Source: an uncultured Actinomycetota bacterium (lineage in GTDB: Bacteria > Actinomycetota > Actinomycetes > S36-B12 > UBA5976). Taken from it: a stretch of 64,000 nt of DNA. Under the pieces are notes generated by a model. The model was not told the origin of the DNA. It ran no database searches and worked only from the letters and a program-made list of their open reading frames with translations. The stretch lies in contig CAWATP010000009.1 of the NCBI GenBank assembly GCA_963784905.1, forward strand, positions 54,279 to 118,278, read 5' to 3'. Of this stretch, positions 26,919 through 34,053 are shown one piece after another. The first letter of the stretch is position 1. Each line of letters begins with the position of its first letter. Both the position numbers and the translations under genes were made by a program.

Positions 26919-27676
26919 CACTTCACCGCTCCGAGGACGCTGCGCGGTGTGACACCGGAGGACTTGAGGAGGCCGCCGACGACGAGGACGACGCCGGCGA
27001 TGGCGAAGAGTGCGAACATGCCGTACTTCTTCAACGTCTCGCCCAGGGCGCCCATGGAGTCGCGTACCCAGTTGAACATGCCGCCCGGTCCCCAGTCGGG
27101 GAGGTCGGTGGTCGTCTTGCCGGCCTGCGCCGCGTCGGTGCTGCCGGTAGCCGTGGTGGCGGTGGCCATGCCGGAGTTGTCGCCCAGGTTGGAGGGAACC
27201 TGCACGGTGGCCGATGAACTGGACGGGATGAGCCCGCCGAGGGCGCTCTTGCCTGCGTTCATGCGTTTGGTCACCTGGCTTTCGCTTTGGTCTTTGGGGC
27301 GCTCGTATTTGGTGAGCACGAGGCGGGTGGCGGTGGTGTTGTCGGTGGTGGCTTTGATGCGCGCCCACAGCGTTGGGGAGGCTGGCGAGGCGGGGTTGGC
27401 GCGGGTGGCCGGTGACTGCATCTCAGCGACGATGTAGCGCTCCTGGGTGGCCAACGTGTTGGGGTCCAGGTTGTGGGACTTGGCCCACTTCTTGAGGTTG
27501 TCCCAGCGTTCGTTGTGCCATTGCGCGATGCCGTGGGAGGTGCCGCCGTCGCCCAGGGCGTCGGGTCGCACGTTGGATTCGGAGACCAGGTTGGCGACAA
27601 TGCCGAACGCACCCGCAACCGACATGCCGGCGTTGCGCAGGAAGTCGTAGACGGTGCGGGCGTTGGCGTTGGCCAT
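26918..27676 (-). CDS. Virion-associated lysozyme (Phage_lysozyme2-like) with C-terminal membrane anchor
   Basis: GIVANLVSES...GIAQW..RW...KYERP; low-complexity linker; C-terminal TM. Confidence 0.82.
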   Translation of the reverse strand: MANANARTVYDFLRNAGMSVAGAFGIVANLVSESNVRPDALGDGGTSHGIAQWHNERWDNLKKWAKSHNLDPNTLATQERYIVAEMQSPATRANPASPASPTLWARIKATTDNTTATRLVLTKYERPKDQSESQVTKRMNAGKSALGGLIPSSSSATVQVPSNLGDNSGMATATTATGSTDAAQAGKTTTDLPDWGPGGMFNWVRDSMGALGETLKKYGMFALFAIAGVVLVVGGLLKSSGVTPRSVLGAVK

Positions 27677-27684
27677 GGCTCAGC

Positions 27685-28188
27685 TCACAGGTTCCGCATG
27701 AGGAAGCCGGCCTTGGCAGGCGAGAGCGGCACACCGGCTTTGAGGGCGAGGGCGGTGTCGTTGGCAATGCTCGCGGCCGACGGCTGCGCCGCCGCATTCG
27801 CAAGCTGTTGCATGACGTAGGACTGGGGCTTGGCTGCCGGTGTCGGTGCGACGCCAGACGGCGGGACCGCGGTGGCGGTGGTGGGTGCTGCAGCGCCGCC
27901 CTGGGCGATGCCGGCGAGGATCTGCGAAATGCTCGACAGTTGCGACGTGTAGGCGTCCAGGGCGGTGGTGTCGGCCGCGGTGCCGCCAGCTGCGCCGGCG
28001 CCGCCACTGCTGCCGGCATAGAGCCCGCCAAGGCTGCCGTTGCTGCCCGTGGTGTCGGTGGCAGTGCTCACGGAGCCGCCGCTCGAGCCCTTGCGGACGA
28101 ACACGACCAGCCCGATGACCGCACCCACGGCGGCCGCGGCCTGGGCGCGCTTGTCGCGCATGAGACCCGACAGGCTCTTGGTGTTCAT
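27685..28188 (-). CDS. Membrane-anchored low-complexity virion protein
   Basis: ATGA coupling; N-terminal TM then G/S/A/T-rich region. Confidence 0.7.
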   Translation of the reverse strand: MNTKSLSGLMRDKRAQAAAAVGAVIGLVVFVRKGSSGGSVSTATDTTGSNGSLGGLYAGSSGGAGAAGGTAADTTALDAYTSQLSSISQILAGIAQGGAAAPTTATAVPPSGVAPTPAAKPQSYVMQQLANAAAQPSAASIANDTALALKAGVPLSPAKAGFLMRNL

Positions 28189-28607
28189 CGGCCACCGGCC
28201 GTCTTGAGCTGAGACATGATCGAGGGCAGCGCATTGCTGCCGGTCGACGGGTATGCCGCCTGCGCGCCGGCGCCGCCTTGCATACCGACGTTGCGCTTCG
28301 ACGGGGTGGCGGTCGGCTGCGCCTGCACGCGCCAATCCTGCTGCGGGGCGGTGCGCCCGGTGAAGCGGCCCACCACGCCGAAGCCAATGTTGTTGGTCAT
28401 GTTGCCGTTGTTGTTGCTCATCGGCGAGGCGGTGAGGGTGGCGTAGGCCAGGGCGCGCATCATGCGCGTGCCGATGGGTTCGGCGTCACGTACGACGACC
28501 TGTGCCAGGCGGGTGCGAGGGGCGATGACGGGGCCGCGGACAGGGCCGGCGGGGCTGTTGCGGCGCGCCTTCCCGGCCTTGCCTGGTTGTCCGAAAATGA
28601 GGCCCAT
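28185..28607 (-). CDS. Extended G/P/N/Q-rich basic virion protein
   Basis: 140 aa, no TM, coupled within the structural operon. Confidence 0.6.
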   Translation of the reverse strand: MGLIFGQPGKAGKARRNSPAGPVRGPVIAPRTRLAQVVVRDAEPIGTRMMRALAYATLTASPMSNNNGNMTNNIGFGVVGRFTGRTAPQQDWRVQAQPTATPSKRNVGMQGGAGAQAAYPSTGSNALPSIMSQLKTAGGR

Positions 28608-28608
28608 G

Positions 28609-28758
28609 TCAGTTGGCCTTGTTGCGGCCCTGGAGGGCGGTGGTGAGGTCGACGGCGCCCTTGGAGGTGGCGCTGATGGCCTTGCCGAAGCCGGTGGCGT
28701 TGGCCAGGACGAGATAGGCGCCGATGAGGATGGCCGCGAGCTTGATGCCGTTGCGCAT
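28609..28758 (-). CDS. Small membrane protein resembling tectiviral DNA-delivery proteins (49 aa)
   Basis: Read by hand: MRNGIKLAAILIGAYLVLANATGFGKAISATSKGAVDLTTALQGRNKAN; AAGGGAG RBS. Confidence 0.65.
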   Translation of the reverse strand: MRNGIKLAAILIGAYLVLANATGFGKAISATSKGAVDLTTALQGRNKAN

Positions 28759-28781
28759 GTGGGTTGCTCCCTTGAGTGGTG

Positions 28782-29030
28782 TTACCAGGACGATCCGCCG
28801 CCGCCACCGCTGCCGTTGGAGGCGCCGGGTACGGGGTTGATGTAGGTGGTGCCGCTGCCGGCGGTGGAGCTGCTGCTGCGGTCGGGGATGAGGGGGATGG
28901 TGGGGTCACCGATGCGCCGAATCTTGTCGCCCACCACGCCCAGTGCGTCAGAGACTCCGCTGGAGTAGTTCACGACCGCGTAGAGGGCCACGAGGGTGAA
29001 CCACCAACCGAAGACGGTGCGCCCGTTCAT
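28782..29030 (-). CDS. Small membrane protein
   Basis: TM plus amphipathic helix, DPTIPLIP, Gly/Ser tail; ATGA coupling. Confidence 0.65.
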   Translation of the reverse strand: MNGRTVFGWWFTLVALYAVVNYSSGVSDALGVVGDKIRRIGDPTIPLIPDRSSSSTAGSGTTYINPVPGASNGSGGGGGSSW

Positions 29031-29143
29031 GCGGCGGCCGCCGGTCGCTGCAACAGGTTCAGCCGGTAGAGCGCGTCACCTTTGAAGACTTGTGCCAGGA
29101 CCAGGAGGCCGATGGCGCTGATGAGGAGTCCGTCACTGTTCAC
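29027..29143 (-). CDS. Tiny membrane protein (38 aa)
   Basis: GTGA-coupled; MNSDGLLISAIGLLVLAQVFKGDALYRLNLLQRPAAAA. Confidence 0.6.
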   Translation of the reverse strand: MNSDGLLISAIGLLVLAQVFKGDALYRLNLLQRPAAAA

Positions 29144-29544
29144 AGGGGTTGCCCGTCTGCTCCGAGGTTGAGGAACTTGGCTTTGAGCATGGTGCGCACC
29201 GCGGTGGCACCGCCGGGTGGGCCGCCTTTGGTGACGGGCTTGATGGCCGGTAGGACCACCCACACCCAGGCGAAGAAGCCCAGGACGATGGCCGATGCCT
29301 GGGTGCCGCCGCCCTTCCAACGCATCGACGCATCGGCGCTGGAAGCAGTTGCGCGGGCAGGAGGAGTCGGGTCCGGCGCCGACTCCTCCTGCCCGCTGCG
29401 TTCGTGGTCTTCGTTGACGGCCAGGAGGCGGTCACGTTCCGCGAGGGAATCGTCATCGCCCTTGGCCAGCAGCTCATCAGCGCGCGCCTGGTTGTCCGCA
29501 TACCTGTCGGCTGCGGTCTTCCGGGGTGTGCGCTGACGGGCCAC
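29140..29544 (-). CDS. Membrane protein with charged N-terminus
   Basis: One TM (AIVLGFFAWVWVVLP) then LKAKFLN. Confidence 0.65.
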   Translation of the reverse strand: MARQRTPRKTAADRYADNQARADELLAKGDDDSLAERDRLLAVNEDHERSGQEESAPDPTPPARATASSADASMRWKGGGTQASAIVLGFFAWVWVVLPAIKPVTKGGPPGGATAVRTMLKAKFLNLGADGQPL

Positions 29545-29547
29545 GGG

Positions 29548-29802
29548 TTACGCGCAGACGGTGAGGTCGAGCGTGGTGGCCGTTGCTTCGGGCAGCCAGG
29601 CCACGAGGTCGGTGCCACTGTCGTCCTTGCCGAGGTAGACGCCACGGCGGTCGTGCTCGTCGGACACCAGGGCGCCGACGGTGAGGGTTGCGGCCACGGG
29701 GGCCTCCTGTTCGATGGGGGTTTCAGTTGCGGGGACGGGGATGTCGGCCGCGGGGATGTCCGCGGGGATGTCCGCGGGGATGTCGGTGGGCTGTTCGCTC
29801 AC
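29548..29802 (-). CDS. Acidic small protein with DIPA repeats
   Basis: AAGGAG RBS; three exact 12-bp repeats. Confidence 0.6.
   Translation of the reverse strand: MSEQPTDIPADIPADIPAADIPVPATETPIEQEAPVAATLTVGALVSDEHDRRGVYLGKDDSGTDLVAWLPEATATTLDLTVCA
29749..29784 (+). repeat. Tandem repeat (CGCGGGGATGTC) x3
   Basis: Read directly; a partial fourth copy at 29736-29745. Confidence 0.9.
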
Positions 29803-29806
29803 GGTG

Positions 29807-30043
29807 TCACTCCTTGCCGAGGTGGATGGAAGCCTTGGTCTTGCCGACGCGGACGCCTCCGGCCCCGCCGATCAGTCCGGCCGTCACCGCGAGGATGAGG
29901 CCGAACCACAGCATGGGGTTGTCCGGGTGCAGGAGCCCCGCGAACCCGTCAGGGCTCGCGGTGGCTCCCGCCTCCAGAGAATGCGGCGCCACGAAACGGG
30001 GCTCGACTGGCTTGAGGCCGGTGAGTCGGAACGTGTCATACAT
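29807..30043 (-). CDS. Small membrane protein downstream of the capsid gene
   Basis: Single TM (PMLWFGLILAVTAGLIG) followed by a beta-hairpin-like tail. Confidence 0.7.
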   Translation of the reverse strand: MYDTFRLTGLKPVEPRFVAPHSLEAGATASPDGFAGLLHPDNPMLWFGLILAVTAGLIGGAGGVRVGKTKASIHLGKE

Positions 30044-30055
30044 TCCAGGCTCCGA

Positions 30056-31237
30056 TCAGGCGCCGACGGGTGCGGCGAAGATCGTCTCGGAGATGATGCG
30101 CGCGATGCCGTTGGTGGGGCTGGACGGCAGGTTCACCACGAGGCGAAGGTCGGTGGTGGAACCCTGGTCAACACTGTCGCGGAAGGCCCAGGCGGTGGCG
30201 AAGTCGAAGCATGCAGCGCCCCAGACTCGGCCGATGTCTTCCACGTAGTCCATCTCGTTGATGGCGCGGAGCATGGCCGCGTGCTGCACCTGCTCCGGCG
30301 TATCCGAGCCACCGAAGCGCCAACCCACCAAACCGAAGTTGGTGTCGTTGACGGCCAACGGGGCACCGGGGGCGGTGCCGGTGTAGACCTGCCAGATGAC
30401 CCGCATCCACTGGCGGCCGACGCCGGTGCCGGTCATGAGGATCTCGTTGTCGCCCTGCGCGAGGCCCGACTGGCGGGTGCCGATGAGGGAGTGGAACGAG
30501 CTCATGTCCGGGACCACGTAGCGGCCGTTGACCTGCGGGATGGAGAAGACCTCGCCGAGGATCTGGTAGCTCAACGTCGGCGTGAGGGTGCCGGCGGCTG
30601 CCAGGTTGGCGTGGGTTTCCCAGTCGATGTCGATGGTGAGCTGCGTGGCGTTGGTCTGCGCGTAGATGGCGCCCACCAGTTCACGGTCATCGAAGGAGAC
30701 GGGGATCTCAAACCACAGGTCCACGGTGTAGGTGGCGGCGGTGAGTGCGGTCACTGCCGGGCCCATGGAGTTGGCGGCCGAGACCGTGCCCCAGTCCTCG
30801 GAGGAGAGCGACGCGGTGCCGTTCTGTGCACCGTAGGCGCCGACAGCCTGGTTGGCGGCGCGCTGCACACCGTTGGAGTTCAGCGCGGGGTTGCCAATCA
30901 CGTTGACGAGCTTCAGTTGGAGGCCCGAGAGCGCCACGAGGTTCGCTTGGCCGTTGGCGGCGAGCTTGACGCCCTTGATGAGGTTGTAGGGCCACTCGGA
31001 AGTGGTCGCTGCACCCGCGGTGGCGGCAACAGTGCCGGTGACGCGGATCCAAATCTTGTTGATGATGCCCGTCTGGCGAAGGGCGATGGAATCGGAGGTA
31101 CCGAAACCATTGATGGCGGTGCGCGACTTCATCATGAAGCGCATGCGGCGCGTGAACTCCATGAACGAGTCACGGTCAACGTTTACTCCGGGTGTCTCGA
31201 TGCCCTGGAGAACGAGAGTGGGCTGGCCTTGGGCCAT
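30056..31237 (-). CDS. Double jelly-roll major capsid protein (PRD1 P3-like)
   Basis: 393 aa; ordered motifs GIINKIWIRVTGTV, PYNLIKGV, SGLQLKLVN, IPVSFDDRELVGAIYAQ and IPQVNGRYVVPDMS parallel my recollection of PRD1 P3. Confidence 0.85.
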   Translation of the reverse strand: MAQGQPTLVLQGIETPGVNVDRDSFMEFTRRMRFMMKSRTAINGFGTSDSIALRQTGIINKIWIRVTGTVAATAGAATTSEWPYNLIKGVKLAANGQANLVALSGLQLKLVNVIGNPALNSNGVQRAANQAVGAYGAQNGTASLSSEDWGTVSAANSMGPAVTALTAATYTVDLWFEIPVSFDDRELVGAIYAQTNATQLTIDIDWETHANLAAAGTLTPTLSYQILGEVFSIPQVNGRYVVPDMSSFHSLIGTRQSGLAQGDNEILMTGTGVGRQWMRVIWQVYTGTAPGAPLAVNDTNFGLVGWRFGGSDTPEQVQHAAMLRAINEMDYVEDIGRVWGAACFDFATAWAFRDSVDQGSTTDLRLVVNLPSSPTNGIARIISETIFAAPVGA

Positions 31238-31398
31238 TAGTTGGCTCCCTTGTGGGTGTAGGCGACGAAGCGGGCAAAGCCGAGGTTCGGCAACTTGTCC
31301 GCAAGGACTTCGAGCAAGAAGTTGCTCACGATGGAAACGCCCGCAACGGCGAGCCAGAAGGCCGCCTTGCGTCCGGTCTTACGGGGCTCTGCGGCCAT
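31237..31398 (-). CDS. Small membrane protein (53 aa)
   Basis: Read by hand: MAAEPRKTGRKAAFWLAVAGVSIVSNFLLEVLADKLPNLGFARFVAYTHKGAN; TAATG coupling to the capsid gene. Confidence 0.7.
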   Translation of the reverse strand: MAAEPRKTGRKAAFWLAVAGVSIVSNFLLEVLADKLPNLGFARFVAYTHKGAN

Positions 31399-31404
31399 GA
31401 ACGG

Positions 31405-31491
31405 TCAGGCCTTCTTCATCTCGTACGTCTTCACGCCGAGGACAACGGCGAGAGCGATAGCCGCGGTAATGGCGACCTGCTTTGCACGCAT
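31405..31491 (-). CDS. Micro membrane protein (28 aa), first gene of the structural operon
   Basis: AAGGAG RBS; MRAKQVAITAAIALAVVLGVKTYEMKKA. Confidence 0.65.
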   Translation of the reverse strand: MRAKQVAITAAIALAVVLGVKTYEMKKA

Positions 31492-31604
31492 GTGCGCTCC
31501 TTGGTTCGTGGACGCCCGGCGGGTGTCCGTGCCCCATGGGTAGCGCGGGGGGTGGGTGTTCACGGAAGTAGACAGGCCACAAGGCCCAGGTGTTGGACAC
31601 GCAA

Positions 31605-31635
31605 CAACGCCCCCACCGAAACGGTGGAGGCGTTG
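31605..31635 (-). terminator. Hairpin after the integrase
   Basis: CAACGCC-C-CCACCG/CGGTGG-A-GGCGTTG stem with a G-U pair on the minus strand. Confidence 0.55.
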
Positions 31636-31652
31636 GTAATGCTGGGGTTTTG

Positions 31653-32444
31653 CTAGGCGGCGATCAGATTCACGGCGGCACTGAGCTCGTCGTCATAGAT
31701 GGCCACGTAACGCTGTGTGGTGTCTGCCGACGTGTGCCCGAGCAGCGTTTGCACGACGCGCAGGTCGCGGGTGGTCGAGTATGCGCGGGTTGCAAACCGA
31801 TGCCGCAGGGAGTGCGCCGTGAAGGGCTTGGGTAGAACCTGCTTGAGTCGCTGGGCAATCCACTCTGTGCTCGCTGGCTGGTCCGGCCATCGGGGTGAGG
31901 GGAACGCCCAGCCCACGATGCCGTCGAGCTCGGGTGCGAGTATCGGGTGGATGGGGACGCGGCGGGTCTTGCCGCCCTTGCCGGTGACGATCAAGCCGAG
32001 GGGCGTGATGTTGTCGCTGTGGAGTCCGGCGATTTCGGCGATGCGCAACCCGGCGAACGCGCCCAGGAGGAGTGCGAGCCTGGTCTTTCCTTGGGCGCGG
32101 CCCAGCGCAATGTGTAGCGAGTTTTCGTCAATGGGCCGCGGTACTCCGTCTGGCACTTTGAATCCGGGAATGTCGAGCGTGGGGTCGTTGTCTACGAGAC
32201 CGCGTCGCCCGGCCCAGCGGTAGAAGCATCGCAGTGAGACGTGGAGTTGGTGCAAGGTTTCGGCGCTGTATTGGTTGCGTGCTCGGAACAGTTCGAGCAC
32301 ATCGTCTTCGGTCGCAGTGGCGAGCTCTACTCGAACTGCGAGGGTTCGGATATGGCATCGGCGCGCGAGCAGGGTCTTTCGTGCGCGGCCGAGGCTTTCC
32401 ATGTAGTCAATCCATCGGTCGATGAGTTCGTCATTGCTGTTCAC
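31653..32444 (-). CDS. int: Tyrosine integrase lacking an arm-binding domain
   Basis: GLR, GKGGK, HSLRHR, LLGH and TQRY catalytic motifs; only 263 aa; ends in -LIAA. Confidence 0.93.
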   Translation of the reverse strand: MNSNDELIDRWIDYMESLGRARKTLLARRCHIRTLAVRVELATATEDDVLELFRARNQYSAETLHQLHVSLRCFYRWAGRRGLVDNDPTLDIPGFKVPDGVPRPIDENSLHIALGRAQGKTRLALLLGAFAGLRIAEIAGLHSDNITPLGLIVTGKGGKTRRVPIHPILAPELDGIVGWAFPSPRWPDQPASTEWIAQRLKQVLPKPFTAHSLRHRFATRAYSTTRDLRVVQTLLGHTSADTTQRYVAIYDDELSAAVNLIAA

Positions 32445-32516
32445 GTTGCCCCCTGGGGAAGTCGGGTTGGTTTACCTCCGGGAGTGTTGCCGACGAGCTG
32501 AAGGGCCGGTGGGCGG

Positions 32517-32579
32517 TTATGCCGAGAGCGAATATTCGTGGCGGGGGGTCCGAAAGGGAAGTATCACCGCTGCCGGAGA
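32517..32579 (-). other. Orphaned 3' end of the repressor gene encoding an ssrA-like tail
   Basis: In frame with LATPR of the core: SPAAVILPFRTPRHEYSLSA*. Confidence 0.8.
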
Positions 32580-32596
32580 CCGCGGGGTCGCCAAAT
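32579..32596 (+). repeat. Right attachment site core ACCGCGGGGTCGCCAAAT
   Basis: Identical to 15848-15865. Confidence 0.95.
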
Positions 32597-32653
32597 CCGG
32601 CGCACCGCTACTCGCGGGTTCCCAAGCACCGATCGGTGAGCGGCTAGCCCTGA

Positions 32654-34042
32654 TCATCGGCGCACGTACAGCACGGCGACTGCGTCGGCAGCTGCTTCCC
32701 GCCACTGAGGATCATGGCTCAGCGCCGTTGCGAGTGCGCTTCGTGGGGACAACAGCGCACAGTCGGCGCCCTCCAGAGCGTGTCCAGGTGCGCGTTGTCC
32801 ATTGATGGTGCGGAGGTTCGTCGTCATCAGTTCGACGCCATACAGGTCGTTGCGGGAATCGATGGAGACGCGTACGTCTGGCCGTACCAAGATGATGTAA
32901 CCGCCCACAAGGTAGGAGTTGAACACCTTGCAGCCAGCGGGAATCTGCGCCACGACACCGGGCGAGTAGACCTGTGGATCCGGCTGACCAATGTGGCTCA
33001 GGCTTGGCACAGCAGCGAACACAAATGCCAACTCGGCCAATATCAGCCCCGGCACGAAGATCACCCGTCGCGATCGCACATACTCGGTGAGCCGCGGGTA
33101 GGAGCCGGCCGCCAGCATCGGCAATGCCAGCAGCAACAGGATCGGCAGGATTCGAACGGCGATGAGCGTGCCGATGAAGGTGACGGCCAAGGCTGCGATG
33201 AACTCCGGTTGGCGGTAGAGCACGGCGCGCCAAAGGCCGAGCACGCCGATCAAGAGCGCGAGCATCGTGCCTGGATCTGCCAGGTTGGGGTGTTGCCATT
33301 CGGTGATGAGTGGAGCAGAGGCCGAGGCCACGTTGCTTGCTCTTGTCAGCACGTCGATGCCCCAAGGATTGCAGAGCGATGCGATCACGCCGACGATGCC
33401 AGCGATGACGGTGCGGATGCCGAATAGGTGCGTTTCGCGTCTGCACAATTGCAGCGCCGCCAAGGCGCCAATGATGGCGAGGCCAAGCAAGCTTGCTTCG
33501 TGCAAGTTGACCCAGCTGGCCATGAGCACCCCGATCACCGCAATGACACGAGACGGCCTTGCACTCTTGGGCAAACGTGCGAGCAGCAGTACCAGCAGTG
33601 GCGTGGCGATGTAATCAATTGTCTGGGGGCGAGCTGATAGCCAAGCGATCACGAGCGGAGATGCGCCGACCAACGTGATTGCCGCGCGCAGTGGCATGAT
33701 GCCCACCGAGCGCATGAGCAACAGGACCGCGCCTGCCGCGAGCGCGGCGAGCGCTGCGCAGAACAGTGCAACGGCTGGTAGCCCTGCGAGGTTGTAGCAG
33801 GCTGCGAGCAGAACATCGAAACCCCACGAATGCGCTTGCCAGGGCTCATTCGCCGCGGTCCACGAGAACGTGTCTACGGTCGGCAGCGAATGCGTTTCCA
33901 GCATGCGTTGACCGGCGCGGATCTGCCAGAACGTGTCCGACTCGGCTAGTACACCTGCGCGCAGCAGAGCCACAGGTAGGAATGCTGCCCAAGCAAGAAG
34001 CCACGACACTCGGCTATGCCGTTGCGTCGTGGCTTCATACAT
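32654..34042 (-). CDS. Polytopic membrane protein, GT-C-fold glycosyltransferase-like
   Basis: DTFWQIRAG...DTFSWT, ARPQ, WVNLH, NPWG, ITEW and IDSRNDLYG motifs. Confidence 0.65.
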   Translation of the reverse strand: MYEATTQRHSRVSWLLAWAAFLPVALLRAGVLAESDTFWQIRAGQRMLETHSLPTVDTFSWTAANEPWQAHSWGFDVLLAACYNLAGLPAVALFCAALAALAAGAVLLLMRSVGIMPLRAAITLVGASPLVIAWLSARPQTIDYIATPLLVLLLARLPKSARPSRVIAVIGVLMASWVNLHEASLLGLAIIGALAALQLCRRETHLFGIRTVIAGIVGVIASLCNPWGIDVLTRASNVASASAPLITEWQHPNLADPGTMLALLIGVLGLWRAVLYRQPEFIAALAVTFIGTLIAVRILPILLLLALPMLAAGSYPRLTEYVRSRRVIFVPGLILAELAFVFAAVPSLSHIGQPDPQVYSPGVVAQIPAGCKVFNSYLVGGYIILVRPDVRVSIDSRNDLYGVELMTTNLRTINGQRAPGHALEGADCALLSPRSALATALSHDPQWREAAADAVAVLYVRR

Positions 34043-34053
34043 GGTGCTCAGTA

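Larger units (their letters stand above)
15848..32596. mobile_element. Integrated tailless (double jelly-roll, tectivirus-like) provirus; predicted excised circle 16731 bp
   Basis: Exact 18-bp terminal direct repeats, integrase, repressor/cro pair, PRD1-P3-like capsid protein, packaging ATPase and lysis genes; interrupts the aceE-fabD host synteny. Confidence 0.9.

Noticed and set aside
29681-31240. 519-aa plus-strand ORF and similar long antisense ORFs (35521-36594, 60778-61929, 18963-20042)
   Set aside because: Shadows of real genes caused by high-GC codon bias; no motifs or RBS
15848-32596. Interpretation as a decayed tailed prophage or phage satellite
   Set aside because: No terminase, portal, HK97 capsid or tape-measure remnants; ORFs tile without gaps and form a coherent DJR virion set
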